Shown here piece by piece: positions 63,601 to 64,000 of a stretch of DNA of 64,000 nucleotides. Source of the stretch: Sphyrna mokarran. Taxonomy: Eukaryota. The position numbers and the translations under genes are program-made. Within the stretch, counting starts at the first letter, position 1; the number at the start of each line of letters is the position of its first letter. Under the pieces are notes generated by a model. It saw only the letters and a program-made list of their open reading frames with translations. It searched no databases and had not been told where the DNA came from. The stretch lies in the NCBI GenBank assembly GCA_024679065.1, contig JAGIQG010000016.1:2666001-2730000 (forward strand), written 5' to 3'.

Positions 63601-64000
63601 CATATTTCCCCTTACTCCAGAACCTTTTGAACACAAGGTTAACTTGAGGTCAGATGATTTATCAGGAATTGAGGTCACAAGGTGTGGGGAAGTCTAGAGG
63701 TAAATGATGGAAATGCCGAAGATTGAAATCCCAAAAATATTGCATAAGATACTAAATTGCCCTCACACCATCCTGGGACAGAGGCTTGTAAATCCTATTA
63801 TAGAGATTCAAGCACCATTATCCAGATCAATAATCCCATTTGCCAGTCATGATGCAGCGAAGCACTGTCCGATTGGCAGTGGGATGAGTTTGGAAAGATA
63901 TAGGAGAACTGGGAAAAATTGAAATGATGGCATTAATTTGGGTTTGATACAAGGAAATGGTAAATGAGCCGAGCTGCTGCTGCATACCTCCCACTACCTC

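Overview
Eukaryotic, intron-containing, repeat-rich DNA. The repeat content (CR1, RTE, L2 and Penelope retroelements, HE1/V-type SINEs, Deu-SINE-derived 33-bp minisatellites) points to a shark or other elasmobranch genome. The host-gene content is a small, rearranging immune-receptor cluster. Gene A (+) is an apparently intact B7/butyrophilin-like gene with architecture leader-IgV-IgV-TM-short tail (exons ~7096-7098, 10429-10486, 11251-11595, 11918-12262, 15009-15128, 16527-16549; ~297 aa). Gene B (-, 36235-38530) is an inverted paralog that keeps the promoter, the TM exon and a long open cytoplasmic exon but lacks the leader and both IgV exons, so it could encode an ectodomain-less membrane adaptor-like protein. 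There is also a frameshifted IgV pseudo-exon (42199-42478) and an inverted pair of orphan promoter/first-exon copies at 59.4 and 60.7 kb. Other features: a CpG-rich CCAAT/E2F/MYB/CHR promoter (50.6-50.9 kb) with two decayed partial copies, minimal hammerhead-ribozyme motifs in Penelope-derived termini, several short local templated duplications, a 5'-inverted CR1, and a 43-bp minisatellite. All calls were made by eye; no searches or alignments were run.
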